The position numbers were made by a program, and so were the translations under genes. The notes beneath the pieces were generated by a model that searched no databases, was not told the origin of the DNA, and saw only the letters and a list, made by a program, of their open reading frames with translations. This document shows, piece after piece, positions 1 through 8,462 of a DNA stretch of 23,259 bases. The DNA comes from an uncultured virus (IMG/VR IMGVR_UViG_3300025009_000009) (taxonomy: Duplodnaviria; Heunggongvirae; Uroviricota; Caudoviricetes). The first letter of the stretch is position 1, and each line of letters starts with the position of its first letter. Location of the stretch: the IMG/VR virus record IMGVR_UViG_3300025009_000009, positions 62,001-85,259 of that record; one strand, 5' to 3'.

Positions 1-287
1 GAACATCTTCTTATATAGTTAGAGGAAAAGGAAACGTAGAATCGTTCATGAGTTGTTCACATGGTGCTGGTAGAAAACTTAGTAGAACAAAAGCTAGAAA
101 TGAATTAAATTTAGAAAATGAACAAAAGATTTTAAACGATAAAGGTATTATACATTCAATAAGAAATCAAGAAGATTTAGATGAAGCTAGTAATGCATAT
201 AAAGATATTGATATAGTAATGGAAGAACAAAAAGATTTGGTTGATATTTTAATAAAACTAGAACCTATGGGTGTAATCAAAGGATAA
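1..287 (+). CDS. rtcB: RtcB-family RNA ligase, C-terminal part (5' truncated by the window)
   Basis: Frame open from nt 3 (TSSYIVRGKGNVESFM), then SCSHGAGRKLSR and LDEASNAYKDIDIVM...L.P...IKG, the typical RtcB C-terminal motifs. Confidence 0.9.
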   Translation, partial: TSSYIVRGKGNVESFMSCSHGAGRKLSRTKARNELNLENEQKILNDKGIIHSIRNQEDLDEASNAYKDIDIVMEEQKDLVDILIKLEPMGVIKG

Positions 288-290
288 AAA

Positions 291-485
291 ATGAAACAAC
301 AAGTAACACAAAATTCTAATGGTATTGGATTTATAGGACTACTAACTATTGTATTTATTACGCTAAAACTATGTGGAGTCATAGCTTGGAGTTGGTGGTG
401 GGTATTAAGTCCTATATTGTTATCAACAGGAATAGCTATTATTATACTTATTGTAATGTTCTTAATATTAATGTTAGCTAAATAA
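291..485 (+). CDS. Small two-TM membrane protein of a common phage family (GIGFIGLLTIVFITLKLxGVIxWSWWWVLSP)
   Basis: Two hydrophobic segments and a WSWWWV motif; AAGGA upstream. Confidence 0.75.
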   Translation: MKQQVTQNSNGIGFIGLLTIVFITLKLCGVIAWSWWWVLSPILLSTGIAIIILIVMFLILMLAK

Positions 486-495
486 GGAATATACT

Positions 496-828
496 ATGAA
501 TGAAAAGAAAGAAATTAAAATAGAAGATTTAAGAATAGGTCAAGAAGTTTGGTATCTTGATATAATATATAAAGTTATGGGGTTGTATGGAAGAACTAAC
601 TCTATAACTATTTCAAATGGTTGTAATACATATTATGTTAAACCTTATGTGTTATCTTTAACTCCACCAAAGAAGAAGATAAAGAAAACTAAAACTTTAT
701 GGTTTAACATATATCCAGAGGATATAATATGTTTACATTCATCACAAGAATTCGCTAAAAGCGTTTCAAGTAATTGCTTAATAGCGACAATATCACAAAC
801 AATTGAATGGGAAGAAGATGAAAAATAA
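496..828 (+). CDS. Hypothetical phage protein with KKKIKKT...IEWEE C-terminal module
   Basis: ORF with AAGGA SD; tail resembles that of 21923..22276. Confidence 0.65.
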   Translation: MNEKKEIKIEDLRIGQEVWYLDIIYKVMGLYGRTNSITISNGCNTYYVKPYVLSLTPPKKKIKKTKTLWFNIYPEDIICLHSSQEFAKSVSSNCLIATISQTIEWEEDEK

Positions 829-1045
829 AGAAAAGTTTAACTGTGATAAATGTAAGAAAGCTACACAAGAACTATATGTATTAAATAATAACAATAGTTT
901 AGTTGCTACTACCGATCCAAGAGATACTTGGATCTGCTACAAATGTGGAGCTGAACATATTAAAGACTTTGAGAAAAGCGTAGGAGCTGCTAGATGCTTT
1001 CTAGAAGCCTTAGGTTACATTCAAAGAGAAGATCAAGAAGAATAA
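818..1045 (+). CDS. Hypothetical protein with two CxxC pairs (zinc ribbon-like)
   Basis: CDKC...CYKC; start moved from 803 to the ATG at 818, which overlaps the previous gene's end. Confidence 0.6.
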   Translation: MKNKEKFNCDKCKKATQELYVLNNNNSLVATTDPRDTWICYKCGAEHIKDFEKSVGAARCFLEALGYIQREDQEE

Positions 1046-1102
1046 TAACATATTAACTAAGAACGCTGAATAAGCCTATTTCTGTGATCCTAGGAGCCTA
1101 TT

Positions 1103-1570
1103 TTGAAAATATATCGATATAGCCTAAAAAAGATACCTCGTTCAATACTTGCTGAATTGATTATGATGGATGATCAATTTGAATATGCTAGATGGGATAT
1201 AGATACATGGCATAGCTTAGGTATGGATTTTTATTTAAATCAAGATAAATACGATTTATTTTTAATAGAGAATTGGTATGGTTTTGTTATTGGTTATGCT
1301 TTCTTTAGAAAAGATCCAGAAAGCTATCATCTCATGAAAATGGCTATCGTATCCAAAGATCAGTCTAAAGGGTTAGGAACTAAGCTTTTTGAGTATGTTA
1401 AAAACTATTACAAAGGAAAGCATGAAACTTATAATATAACATTGGAAGTGAAAGAAGACAATGTCAAGGGTATTGGTTTATATAAAAAGACAGGATTTGA
1501 AGAATTGCAAAAACTTGAGAACTATTATGCTGAAAACATACATGGTATCAAAATGATACTAAAAGTTTAA
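1103..1570 (+). CDS. GNAT-family N-acetyltransferase, RimI-like
   Basis: Acetyl-CoA motif QSKGLGTKL, then LEVKEDNVKGIGLYKKTGF...NYY; AGGAG upstream of a TTG start. Confidence 0.85.
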   Translation: MKIYRYSLKKIPRSILAELIMMDDQFEYARWDIDTWHSLGMDFYLNQDKYDLFLIENWYGFVIGYAFFRKDPESYHLMKMAIVSKDQSKGLGTKLFEYVKNYYKGKHETYNITLEVKEDNVKGIGLYKKTGFEELQKLENYYAENIHGIKMILKV

Positions 1571-1755
1571 TTTCGTAATACTCAATAATTGGTTGCGTCT
1601 TTTTCCAATTATCTCTCCTAAGCCTCGATTCACTATCGTTCATTGTTCGGCTACTCCATCCAACGCTAAGCATCAAATAAACAGAGTTAGTCCTAATTAT
1701 GCATTGCATTAATAAAAGCTAAGTTAAAAATATTTTTTGGCTATGTAATTTACAC

Positions 1756-1784
1756 TTGACAACCTTCGGCTAATATTATATACT
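1756..1784 (+). promoter_or_regulatory. Sigma70-type promoter TTGACA-17-TATACT
   Basis: TTGACA 1756-1761 and TATACT 1779-1784, upstream of the GAGGT SD and ATG 1814. Confidence 0.75.
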
Positions 1785-1813
1785 AATCAATATACTAAAC
1801 AAAGAGGTGCTAC

Positions 1814-2188
1814 ATGACTCTAACACAATTTGAAGAATTTATGGACTATCTAGATAAGAACGATGAAGCTATGCCTACATCTATGTTATTGAAAGAACAA
1901 GAAATTATAAGTCTAAAAATAGATATGCTTACTCAAAACTACAATTCTTGGGCTGGACTTGTAAACATAACAAACAGTGAGATACTCTTTGTAAATACAA
2001 CAATTTACAATAACGAGATACATAACACATATGATCAGGGTAACAATATGATGTTTACACCACATAAGCAAATACCAGACAGATTCTTAGAATATCCAAA
2101 CCAACAAAGACCGACTGAATATAAACATAAGTGTAGCTGTAACAGCTTAGATTTATTTCGTTTTGGTTGTCGATGTGGTGGAAAATAA
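1814..2188 (+). CDS. Hypothetical protein with C-terminal CxC...LFRFGCxCGG motif
   Basis: ORF with SD and upstream promoter; Cys-rich tail. Confidence 0.7.
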   Translation: MTLTQFEEFMDYLDKNDEAMPTSMLLKEQEIISLKIDMLTQNYNSWAGLVNITNSEILFVNTTIYNNEIHNTYDQGNNMMFTPHKQIPDRFLEYPNQQRPTEYKHKCSCNSLDLFRFGCRCGGK

Positions 2189-2225
2189 CCGTATGTAACA
2201 AGGTCTTACGACCAAAGGAAGATTT

Positions 2226-2426
2226 ATGTTATTAATTTTATTTATATCTACTATTAGTAATATGATTATGTTGAATGAAGTTATTGAGTTAAAGCAAGCA
2301 AATCCAATATATTACGATTGCTATTACTCAGGTCAACTTAGATACTGTGAAATATCTGAAATAATCCAAGAATCAGTTACAAACGAAGTTGATCCAATAG
2401 AACAGCTAGAAAGGATTGTAAAATGA
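2226..2426 (+). CDS. Hypothetical protein with hydrophobic N-terminus
   Basis: AAGGA SD; ATGA overlap with the next ORF. Confidence 0.55.
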   Translation: MLLILFISTISNMIMLNEVIELKQANPIYYDCYYSGQLRYCEISEIIQESVTNEVDPIEQLERIVK

Positions 2427-2599
2427 AGATATATAAAATAACAATGGTGAATAGCCAAACTTTTTTATATGATAGTGATATTGATGAGATAGCTGAAGTT
2501 GCTTGGTATTTCAATACCTTAATAGCTAGAAACCATATATTCTTGAACTGTAATGGTAAGATCATTAACTTAAAGAACATTAGTCATATTGATGTATAG
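2423..2599 (+). CDS. Small hypothetical protein, 58 aa (MKIYKITMVNSQTFLYD...), not in the ORF track
   Basis: Translated by hand; ATGA-coupled to the previous ORF; AAGGA upstream. Confidence 0.55.
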   Translation: MKIYKITMVNSQTFLYDSDIDEIAEVAWYFNTLIARNHIFLNCNGKIINLKNISHIDV

Positions 2600-2645
2600 G
2601 ATTTCGTTTCTATTATATTTAAAGATGACTGTGAAGGATTAAAAA

Positions 2646-2879
2646 ATGAGAAAGTATAAATTCTTAGATAAGTTATGGAATAGAAAGACTAGAAATTATC
2701 ATCTAATAGTACAAATCCCTGGATATTGTTATGGAAACAAGGAAGAAGATGTATTATATTTTTACTATACAGTACCATTCAAAGGTAATGGTAGAATGAT
2801 TGGTCGAACTCAGATACAATGGTCAGAATTAGAAATAGATACACTTTTTAAAAAAGTACCCAAATTTCCTTGGGAGTAA
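2646..2879 (+). CDS. Hypothetical protein ending KKVPKFPWE
   Basis: AAGGA SD; resembles the N-terminal part of 16558..16881. Confidence 0.6.
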   Translation: MRKYKFLDKLWNRKTRNYHLIVQIPGYCYGNKEEDVLYFYYTVPFKGNGRMIGRTQIQWSELEIDTLFKKVPKFPWE

Positions 2880-2911
2880 TTAGTTTATTAATAATTTAAC
2901 TTGGAGCTAAC

Positions 2912-3109
2912 ATGAAATTGAAAAGAACTGTTTACAAATCGAAAAACAAAGAAGCTTACTATGTTCTTAGTACTCTTAATGATGTTATAGTTGAAAGAGT
3001 CGACTTTGATACTTTGGAGAAAGTCATAACATATCTTGATGAAACCGAAAAACAGTTAAAAAATGAAGGATACTCGCTAGAGAGAGAAAACGATAATATG
3101 ATGCAATGA
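2912..3109 (+). CDS. Hypothetical protein
   Basis: GGAG SD upstream. Confidence 0.6.
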   Translation: MKLKRTVYKSKNKEAYYVLSTLNDVIVERVDFDTLEKVITYLDETEKQLKNEGYSLERENDNMMQ

Positions 3110-3170
3110 ATAAAGGAGAAATCCTTAACGATGTTCATTCACGAAGTTCATGAGTGATCAGGAGTGATAT

Positions 3171-3416
3171 ATGAAATTTTATGCTATAAAAGATATTGGT
3201 GATAATTTTTTAGCTAAAGAGTATTGTGAAGGATGTAAGTATTCAACAATGACACAAGAAGGTGCTTGTTTATATGAAACATCACACCAACTACATACGA
3301 TACTAAACAACGAAAATATGATGTTACTAATTTTTGAATCTAAAGAAAAAGCAGATAAATACATTAAAGATACTGGATACATTTGTTATCATTCAATTTG
3401 TTTAGATGATATTTAG
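3171..3416 (+). CDS. Hypothetical protein
   Basis: AGGAG SD upstream. Confidence 0.6.
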   Translation: MKFYAIKDIGDNFLAKEYCEGCKYSTMTQEGACLYETSHQLHTILNNENMMLLIFESKEKADKYIKDTGYICYHSICLDDI

Positions 3417-3532
3417 TTTATGATGCATTGCTTTAATAATATAGAGGTAAAATTTTTACAGAAGTCTAGATCTACATTTACTCATCCCATTTCACACATA
3501 CCCTCCCCTTAGTCTAACCATACCATACTTAT

Positions 3533-3601
3533 TGCAAGATCTATACCAATACATATTCTTTGTTTATTGGTATGAGTATTGCAATTGCATATAGTATGCC
3601 A
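3533..3601. promoter_or_regulatory. Cluster of three sigma54 (RpoN)-type -24/-12 sites
   Basis: TGG-N10-GCA at 3533-3548 (-, TGGTATAGATCTTGCA), 3568-3583 (+, TGGTATGAGTATTGCA) and 3586-3601 (-, TGGCATACTATATGCA). Confidence 0.6.
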
Positions 3602-3854
3602 AACCAATATCACAACTAAGTGTTTTAGTAATGGTACACACTTATATTAACTGGGTACTTATACTAAGTTAAGCTGTTATATACAACACCATAGTGATAT
3701 CGATAGATGTTATATAAAACATCATAACAATAACATCGTCTTAGTAACATTTTATTGTTAATAACATATCTGTTAATATCTATCAAAGTAATTTATGTTC
3801 ATGAGTGTTAAGCCATACTAATTTTAGTATAACTTGAGATTATACGGTTATTAG

Positions 3855-3879
3855 TATCTTTCACTTCGTTCAAGAAGTG
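3855..3879 (-). repeat. GA/GNA hairpin element; exact 25-nt inverted copy of 12958..12982
   Basis: Reverse complement reads CACTTCTTGAACGAAGTGAAAGATA. Confidence 0.85.
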
Positions 3880-4697
3880 TATTACTTATAAGAGATATAA
3901 GATAAACTATTAGCAACTAAACTTGTATAGTTGTCACTTAACAACAATATCTACGTGTTGTTTATTGACAACAGTATTATTATTTTTAATGGTAAGTATA
4001 AGATAAAGATTGATCAACTAGACAAGTATAGTAGTATTAGTATTACTTATAAGAAGATACTAGATGTAGTAGATAAACTAATAGAGCTAACTTTGGGTAT
4101 AGTATGGGCTTGTATGTTTAGTGATGCATGAGATTACAGAGAGATAACGTGAGAAGTTAATGATTACAGGTAGATAGAAATTATACTATTAATACTATTA
4201 CCATATATATTCGATAGTTTACATCATTTAATCTGTTCTCGGTATAATTTATTTATTGTAATAAAACCATACCATACAATTTAGTCTGATGTCCCTAGAG
4301 AACGTTAGCTAACATACCGTAATTAATTTTAACAATTAATCACGTGTTACGATGTACTCATTTCGCTATCGTTTCACTACGCTGCATTCGTGTTAACATG
4401 CTTAACGCAGATAACTTAGTTAACAGATTGTTTAGTTTTGTATAATATACTAATTTGTATATCTATACAGATACTTGATAAATCGATTTAACACACTGTT
4501 TCAGACACTATTCAATAATTACTAGATGTTAGCCGAAAATCATAAAACATAGCCCGAAAAAATAATTCAATTTTAGAATTATATCAGTGAGTTATCATAT
4601 AAAAAAGTTAGCTAAGATCTTTTTGATCGTTCTGCTACATAACTGTATTACTTTATGTTCCATAAATATTATTGACAACTTAGCTGTTTTGATGTGG

Positions 4698-4726
4698 TTG
4701 ACTTTTTGATGCGGTTGTGTTAAGAT
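4698..4726 (+). promoter_or_regulatory. Sigma70-type promoter TTGACT-17-(TGn)TAAGAT, overlapped by a direct repeat
   Basis: TTGACT 4698-4703, TG 4718-4719, TAAGAT 4721-4726; TTTGATGYGGTTG occurs twice. Confidence 0.65.
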
Positions 4727-4732
4727 TTTTAT

Positions 4733-4951
4733 ATGAACAACGAAAAAATAAAAAAGGTAAATAATATGAAGTTTGAATTCTTAAGAACTAAGTATCTTAT
4801 GTTAGTAGCTAAGTTAACTTATATCAAGATGACCTATGATCTTGAGGATAAGGACACTATCTACATGATAGAAAAATTTGAAAATCTTATCAATTGTTTC
4901 AAGAAGATAATAGCACGTAGAGACCAACAAAGAATATTTATTAAAGATTGA
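4733..4951 (+). CDS. Hypothetical protein (start may be 4766)
   Basis: First ORF after the promoter; AAGGT precedes ATG 4766. Confidence 0.6.
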   Translation: MNNEKIKKVNNMKFEFLRTKYLMLVAKLTYIKMTYDLEDKDTIYMIEKFENLINCFKKIIARRDQQRIFIKD

Positions 4952-5052
4952 GGTGATACGATGAAAAACGATAACTTTGTGTTTATTTTAACATTCAGTG
5001 TGTTTATGGTTATATTAGTAACTAATTTAATATAAAATCGTTCAGGAGTGAT

Positions 5053-5265
5053 ATGAAGTTATTACTTAACGGTATTGAGATTGTTAGAGCTATAAGTATT
5101 AAAGAGTTAAAGAGTAGAGTTAACAAGTTAAAAGTAATTCAAGTTAACAACGTTCTTAATTTAGTTAGTATTATATTTGAAACTAATAACGGTATAATGG
5201 AGTACATTATTATCTGTAATTCTAATAAGTCTAGTCGATTTGTTTATAAAGTATTAAAGGACTAA
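5053..5265 (+). CDS. Hypothetical protein
   Basis: AGGAG SD upstream. Confidence 0.6.
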   Translation: MKLLLNGIEIVRAISIKELKSRVNKLKVIQVNNVLNLVSIIFETNNGIMEYIIICNSNKSSRFVYKVLKD

Positions 5266-5268
5266 TAT

Positions 5269-5311
5269 TACTGAACGTACATTCCTGAATGGAATGAAGA
5301 ATAATGAGGTA
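5269..5311 (+). repeat. Nested GA/GNA hairpin element
   Basis: TACT-GA-AC-GTA-[CAT-TCCT-GA-AT-GGA-AT-GA-AGAA-TA]-AT-GA-GGTA; near copy of 6578..6620. Confidence 0.8.
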
Positions 5312-5314
5312 TAT

Positions 5315-5494
5315 ATGGATAAAATTTATAACTATGAGATATCAGGAATAGACACTAAGGATTATCCAGATTTTTGTGATGCATATGTTAGTTATGCAGA
5401 ACATGAGGATGGTACACCACTAACAGATGAAGAGCTTGATGAAGTCAATGAGAGTGGTATGGTATATGAACTTGTTATCAACTATTTATTTTAA
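5315..5494 (+). CDS. Small acidic phage protein (GIDTKDYPDFCDAYVSYA...PLTDEELD)
   Basis: Motif I recognise from phage hypothetical proteins; start moved to the ATG after GAGGT. Confidence 0.75.
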   Translation: MDKIYNYEISGIDTKDYPDFCDAYVSYAEHEDGTPLTDEELDEVNESGMVYELVINYLF

Positions 5495-5507
5495 CTAAGG
5501 ATGGTAT

Positions 5508-5678
5508 ATGGATATTAAATATAAGATAGTTTATGAAGATAGCGGTTATAATGGTTTATACTTCTTTTTTATTTACTTTAAACGTGGGTCAATTACTAAT
5601 TGGGTTATAGCATCTTCACATTCGTTTAAAACCAAAGAAGAAGCTCAACACCATATAAATACCGTTTTAAAAGCTTAA
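5508..5678 (+). CDS. Small hypothetical protein, 56 aa, not in the ORF track
   Basis: Translated by hand (MDIKYKIVYED...FKTKEEAQHHI); AAGGA upstream. Confidence 0.55.
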   Translation: MDIKYKIVYEDSGYNGLYFFFIYFKRGSITNWVIASSHSFKTKEEAQHHINTVLKA

Positions 5679-5756
5679 CTCGTTTTTAGGCTATGTTTTG
5701 TGATAATTAGAGGCATATAAGAGATTGACCTTAACTGTTTAACAAAGGATAAAATT

Positions 5757-5909
5757 ATGGACCGATATTTAATAAATTATATAGATTGTTTTAACTGTAT
5801 GCATACAACTAAGGATAGTTACACTCATAAAGAAATGATAGATATGTTAGATATACTAAGTAACTTTAAATCTATCTTAGTTGTAAATGTAAATAAGATA
5901 ACTGAATAA
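5757..5909 (+). CDS. Small hypothetical protein, 50 aa, not in the ORF track
   Basis: Translated by hand (MDRYLINYIDCFNCMH...); AAGGA upstream. Confidence 0.5.
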   Translation: MDRYLINYIDCFNCMHTTKDSYTHKEMIDMLDILSNFKSILVVNVNKITE

Positions 5910-5928
5910 TAACATTGAGAGGTAATAT

Positions 5929-5947
5929 TACCGAACGGAGTAAGGTA
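5929..5947 (+). repeat. GA/GNA hairpin element
   Basis: TACC-GA-AC-GGA-GT-AA-GGTA immediately before ATG 5951. Confidence 0.7.
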
Positions 5948-5950
5948 TAT

Positions 5951-6094
5951 ATGTATAAAATAGAATGTATTTATAAGTGTGGTAACTATATGTTTGTGAG
6001 TAACTTAAGTCAAGATAGACTTGACTTCTTTTTGGATAACTTAGTTTTAGATAGAAATGTTTTAAAGGTTATTGTTAGCCGAGAGGAGATATAA
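5951..6094 (+). CDS. Small hypothetical protein, 47 aa, not in the ORF track
   Basis: Translated by hand (MYKIECIYKCGNYMFVSNLS...); TAAGGT SD. Confidence 0.5.
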   Translation: MYKIECIYKCGNYMFVSNLSQDRLDFFLDNLVLDRNVLKVIVSREEI

Positions 6095-6204
6095 TATCAA
6101 ACAAAGTGAGGTATAATATGTTACCACATATAATATTTATAATTGGTTTAATAGGAATATTAGTAGCTGCATATATAACTTTTAATCATAAATAGGAGAT
6201 TTTT

Positions 6205-6525
6205 ATGAACAATCAATCATATACTGAATATTACAATGAGTTACAACGTGAAGAAAAAAGAAAAAACACTAGAGATATAATCAAAGATATAGTACAATTT
6301 AATCGATATGAGAACAAAGACGTTGTTATAATAGGTAGTTTTAAATTAAATGAAGTCTATGAAGACTTAACCGATCAACTATTAAAGTTGTGTGTTATCG
6401 ATCGTTTCAAAGAAATACATTTAAAAAGCTATAACAAAGATTATAAATATAAAGAATTTGTTAAGTTAGTTGGTAATAAAAGAAAATTACATAAAATGTA
6501 TAAACAGATTTTAGGTATTGAATAG
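6205..6525 (+). CDS. Hypothetical protein
   Basis: AGGAG SD upstream. Confidence 0.65.
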   Translation: MNNQSYTEYYNELQREEKRKNTRDIIKDIVQFNRYENKDVVIIGSFKLNEVYEDLTDQLLKLCVIDRFKEIHLKSYNKDYKYKEFVKLVGNKRKLHKMYKQILGIE

Positions 6526-6534
6526 TGATATCAT

Positions 6535-6620
6535 TACTGAATGTAATGAAGTATATTAAAAGATATTGAGGTATCATTACCGAACGTACATTCCTGAATG
6601 GAATGAAGGATAGTGGGGTA
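6535..6620 (+). repeat. Tandem GA/GNA hairpin elements: one simple (6535-6553) and one nested (6578-6620)
   Basis: TACT-GA-AT-GTA-AT-GA-AGTA and TACC-GA-AC-GTA-[CAT-TCCT-GA-AT-GGA-AT-GA-AGGA-TA]-GT-GG-GGTA. Confidence 0.85.
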
Positions 6621-6623
6621 TAT

Positions 6624-6950
6624 ATGAACAAATTTGATGGTATAATTAAAAAGCATGGTATTGAAAACTTAGTTATATCCAAAAAGCAATTAAAAGAAGG
6701 TGATACTATATTAATAAGTACATATAACAAAATAATGGAAACTAAGGTTATAAGTTTATTAAATAATATATGCGGTTATGAAAATTATATAATTGTAGAT
6801 AACGATAGTTATTTAGATCTATCAAATACCTTAGTTATTAAGGTTAACAAAGAGATAAAAGAAAAAAATAGATGTTCTTGTGGGGCTAAGTATACTAGTA
6901 ATCCTAATTATCACTTAAGTTATTGTGATTGTTTTAAAAGTAATTATTAA
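6624..6950 (+). CDS. Hypothetical protein with C-terminal CSCGA...H...C metal-binding motif
   Basis: Start moved to the ATG after GGGGT; RCSCGAKYTSNPNYHLSYCDC. Confidence 0.65.
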   Translation: MNKFDGIIKKHGIENLVISKKQLKEGDTILISTYNKIMETKVISLLNNICGYENYIIVDNDSYLDLSNTLVIKVNKEIKEKNRCSCGAKYTSNPNYHLSYCDCFKSNY

Positions 6951-6989
6951 TAAAGAAGAGATATAATAACGTTTAAATAGGAGATGTTT

Positions 6990-7772
6990 ATGAATGAAAA
7001 TACAATAGTGTGTCCTACAAATGCAACAACTAGTTATAATGTTACCGAAAAGTATAAGTTTCAATCTACTAAGGATATTATTAGTTTTTTTGAGTCTCAA
7101 GGGTTTATGTTAGCTAATAAAAAGATCTGTAAGGTTAGAAATAGATCTAAACAAGGCTTTCAAAAACATATGTTACGGTTTAATCATGAGGCGTTAAGGA
7201 TTGATGATCAAAACACGTTACAAGTCTTAGTTAAGAATAGTCATGATGGATCAAGCTCTCTTCAAATTAATCTAGGTATATATAGGCTTGTATGTTCAAA
7301 TGGTATGGTTATAGGTAGAGAATTTGTTGGTTATAATTTAAAACATATAGGTCATAACTTCTATATTAAATTAGAAGAATCTTTAAAAGAATTGATAGTA
7401 GCTGCACCTAAATACAAAGAAATGATTATAAGAATGCAGAATGTTAACTTAACCAATGATCAAAAAGACGAAATTATAAAAAAAGCGGTTAACTTGAGGC
7501 TACAAAGCATTGAAAATGTGGATAACGTTGACGTTAGTCGTTCTTTTAGTCCTATTAGAATAGAAGATAATACCAATGACTTATATACTGTACTTAATTT
7601 GGTACAAGAGAGAGTTATTAGAGGCGGTATAAAATATACAACAAAGACTGTAAATGAAAATAACGTTGTTGAGATTAAAAATCATTCAACTAAAAAAATT
7701 AATAGTATTGATAAAGATTTGGAGTTAAATAAGAATTTGTTTGATATAGTATCTTCTTATTTAGTAGCTTAA
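6990..7772 (+). CDS. DUF932/DUF945-family protein
   Basis: GFQKHMLRF, NSHDGSSSLQINLGIYRLVCSNG, DLYTVLNLVQERVIRGG, LNKNLF; AGGAG spacing favours ATG 6990 over 6984. Confidence 0.85.
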   Translation: MNENTIVCPTNATTSYNVTEKYKFQSTKDIISFFESQGFMLANKKICKVRNRSKQGFQKHMLRFNHEALRIDDQNTLQVLVKNSHDGSSSLQINLGIYRLVCSNGMVIGREFVGYNLKHIGHNFYIKLEESLKELIVAAPKYKEMIIRMQNVNLTNDQKDEIIKKAVNLRLQSIENVDNVDVSRSFSPIRIEDNTNDLYTVLNLVQERVIRGGIKYTTKTVNENNVVEIKNHSTKKINSIDKDLELNKNLFDIVSSYLVA

Positions 7773-7784
7773 TGAGGTATATGT

Positions 7785-8462
7785 ATGACACAATATGAAA
7801 AAGACTTAGCTGCTGTTAAACAAAATGGTTATGCTTTGAAATATGTTGAACATCAAACTCCCGAATTATGTTTAGCTGCTGTTAATCAATATGGTTATGC
7901 TTTACAATTTGTTAAGCATCAAACAGAAGAAATATGTTTAGCTGCTGTTAAACAAAATGGTTATGCTTTGAAATATGTTAAACATCAGACAGAAGAAATA
8001 TATTTAGCTGCTGTTAAAGAGAATGGTATGGCTTTACAATTTGTTAAACATCAAACAGAAGAAATATGTTTAGCTGCTGTTAAACAAGACGGTTATGCTT
8101 TGAAATATGTTAAACATCAAACAGAAGAAATTTGTTTAGCTGCTGTTAAACAAGACGGTTATACTTTGGAATATGTTAACCATCAAACAGAAGAATTATG
8201 TTTAGCTGCTGTTAAACAAAATGGTTATGTTATACAATATGTTGAATATCAAACAGAAGAAATATGTTTAGCTGCGGTTATAGAGAATGGTTATGCTTTA
8301 TGTTGGGTTAAACATCAAACAGAAGAATTGTGTTTAATTGCAGTCAATCAAGACGTTCGTGCATTGTATTATGTTAAGTCTGAAATTAAAACTAAAGAGT
8401 TTATGTTACGTTGCCTTGAAAATAATATAGCTTGTATAAAATATATGGAGATAGAATGCTAA
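7785..8462 (+). CDS. DUF4116-like 22-aa repeat protein, copy A (8 full repeats plus cap)
   Basis: Tandem KQNGYALKYVKHQTEEICLAAV-type repeats. Confidence 0.85.
   Translation: MTQYEKDLAAVKQNGYALKYVEHQTPELCLAAVNQYGYALQFVKHQTEEICLAAVKQNGYALKYVKHQTEEIYLAAVKENGMALQFVKHQTEEICLAAVKQDGYALKYVKHQTEEICLAAVKQDGYTLEYVNHQTEELCLAAVKQNGYVIQYVEYQTEEICLAAVIENGYALCWVKHQTEELCLIAVNQDVRALYYVKSEIKTKEFMLRCLENNIACIKYMEIEC

Noticed and set aside
3931..4131. 66-aa ORF in the non-coding island
   Set aside because: TTG start, no SD and no motif; probably spurious
3417..4732. tRNA or known structured ncRNA
   Set aside because: No cloverleaf, T-loop or recognisable riboswitch consensus found by eye
4540..5703. Imperfect 21-nt inverted pair (4540-4560 and 5683-5703, 18/21) as IS or invertible-segment ends
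   Set aside because: T-rich and imperfect, with no transposase or invertase between them; could be chance
5294..6624. Track starts at 5294 and 6603 (MKNNEVY, MKDSGVY)
   Set aside because: These ATGs lie inside the hairpin element; the SD-linked ATGs at 5315 and 6624 are preferred
7785..8462. 66-bp periodic repeats as a CRISPR array (a Cas4-like gene is nearby)
   Set aside because: The units are in-frame coding repeats with no unique spacers; the nuclease fits a phage recombination exonuclease paired with Sak
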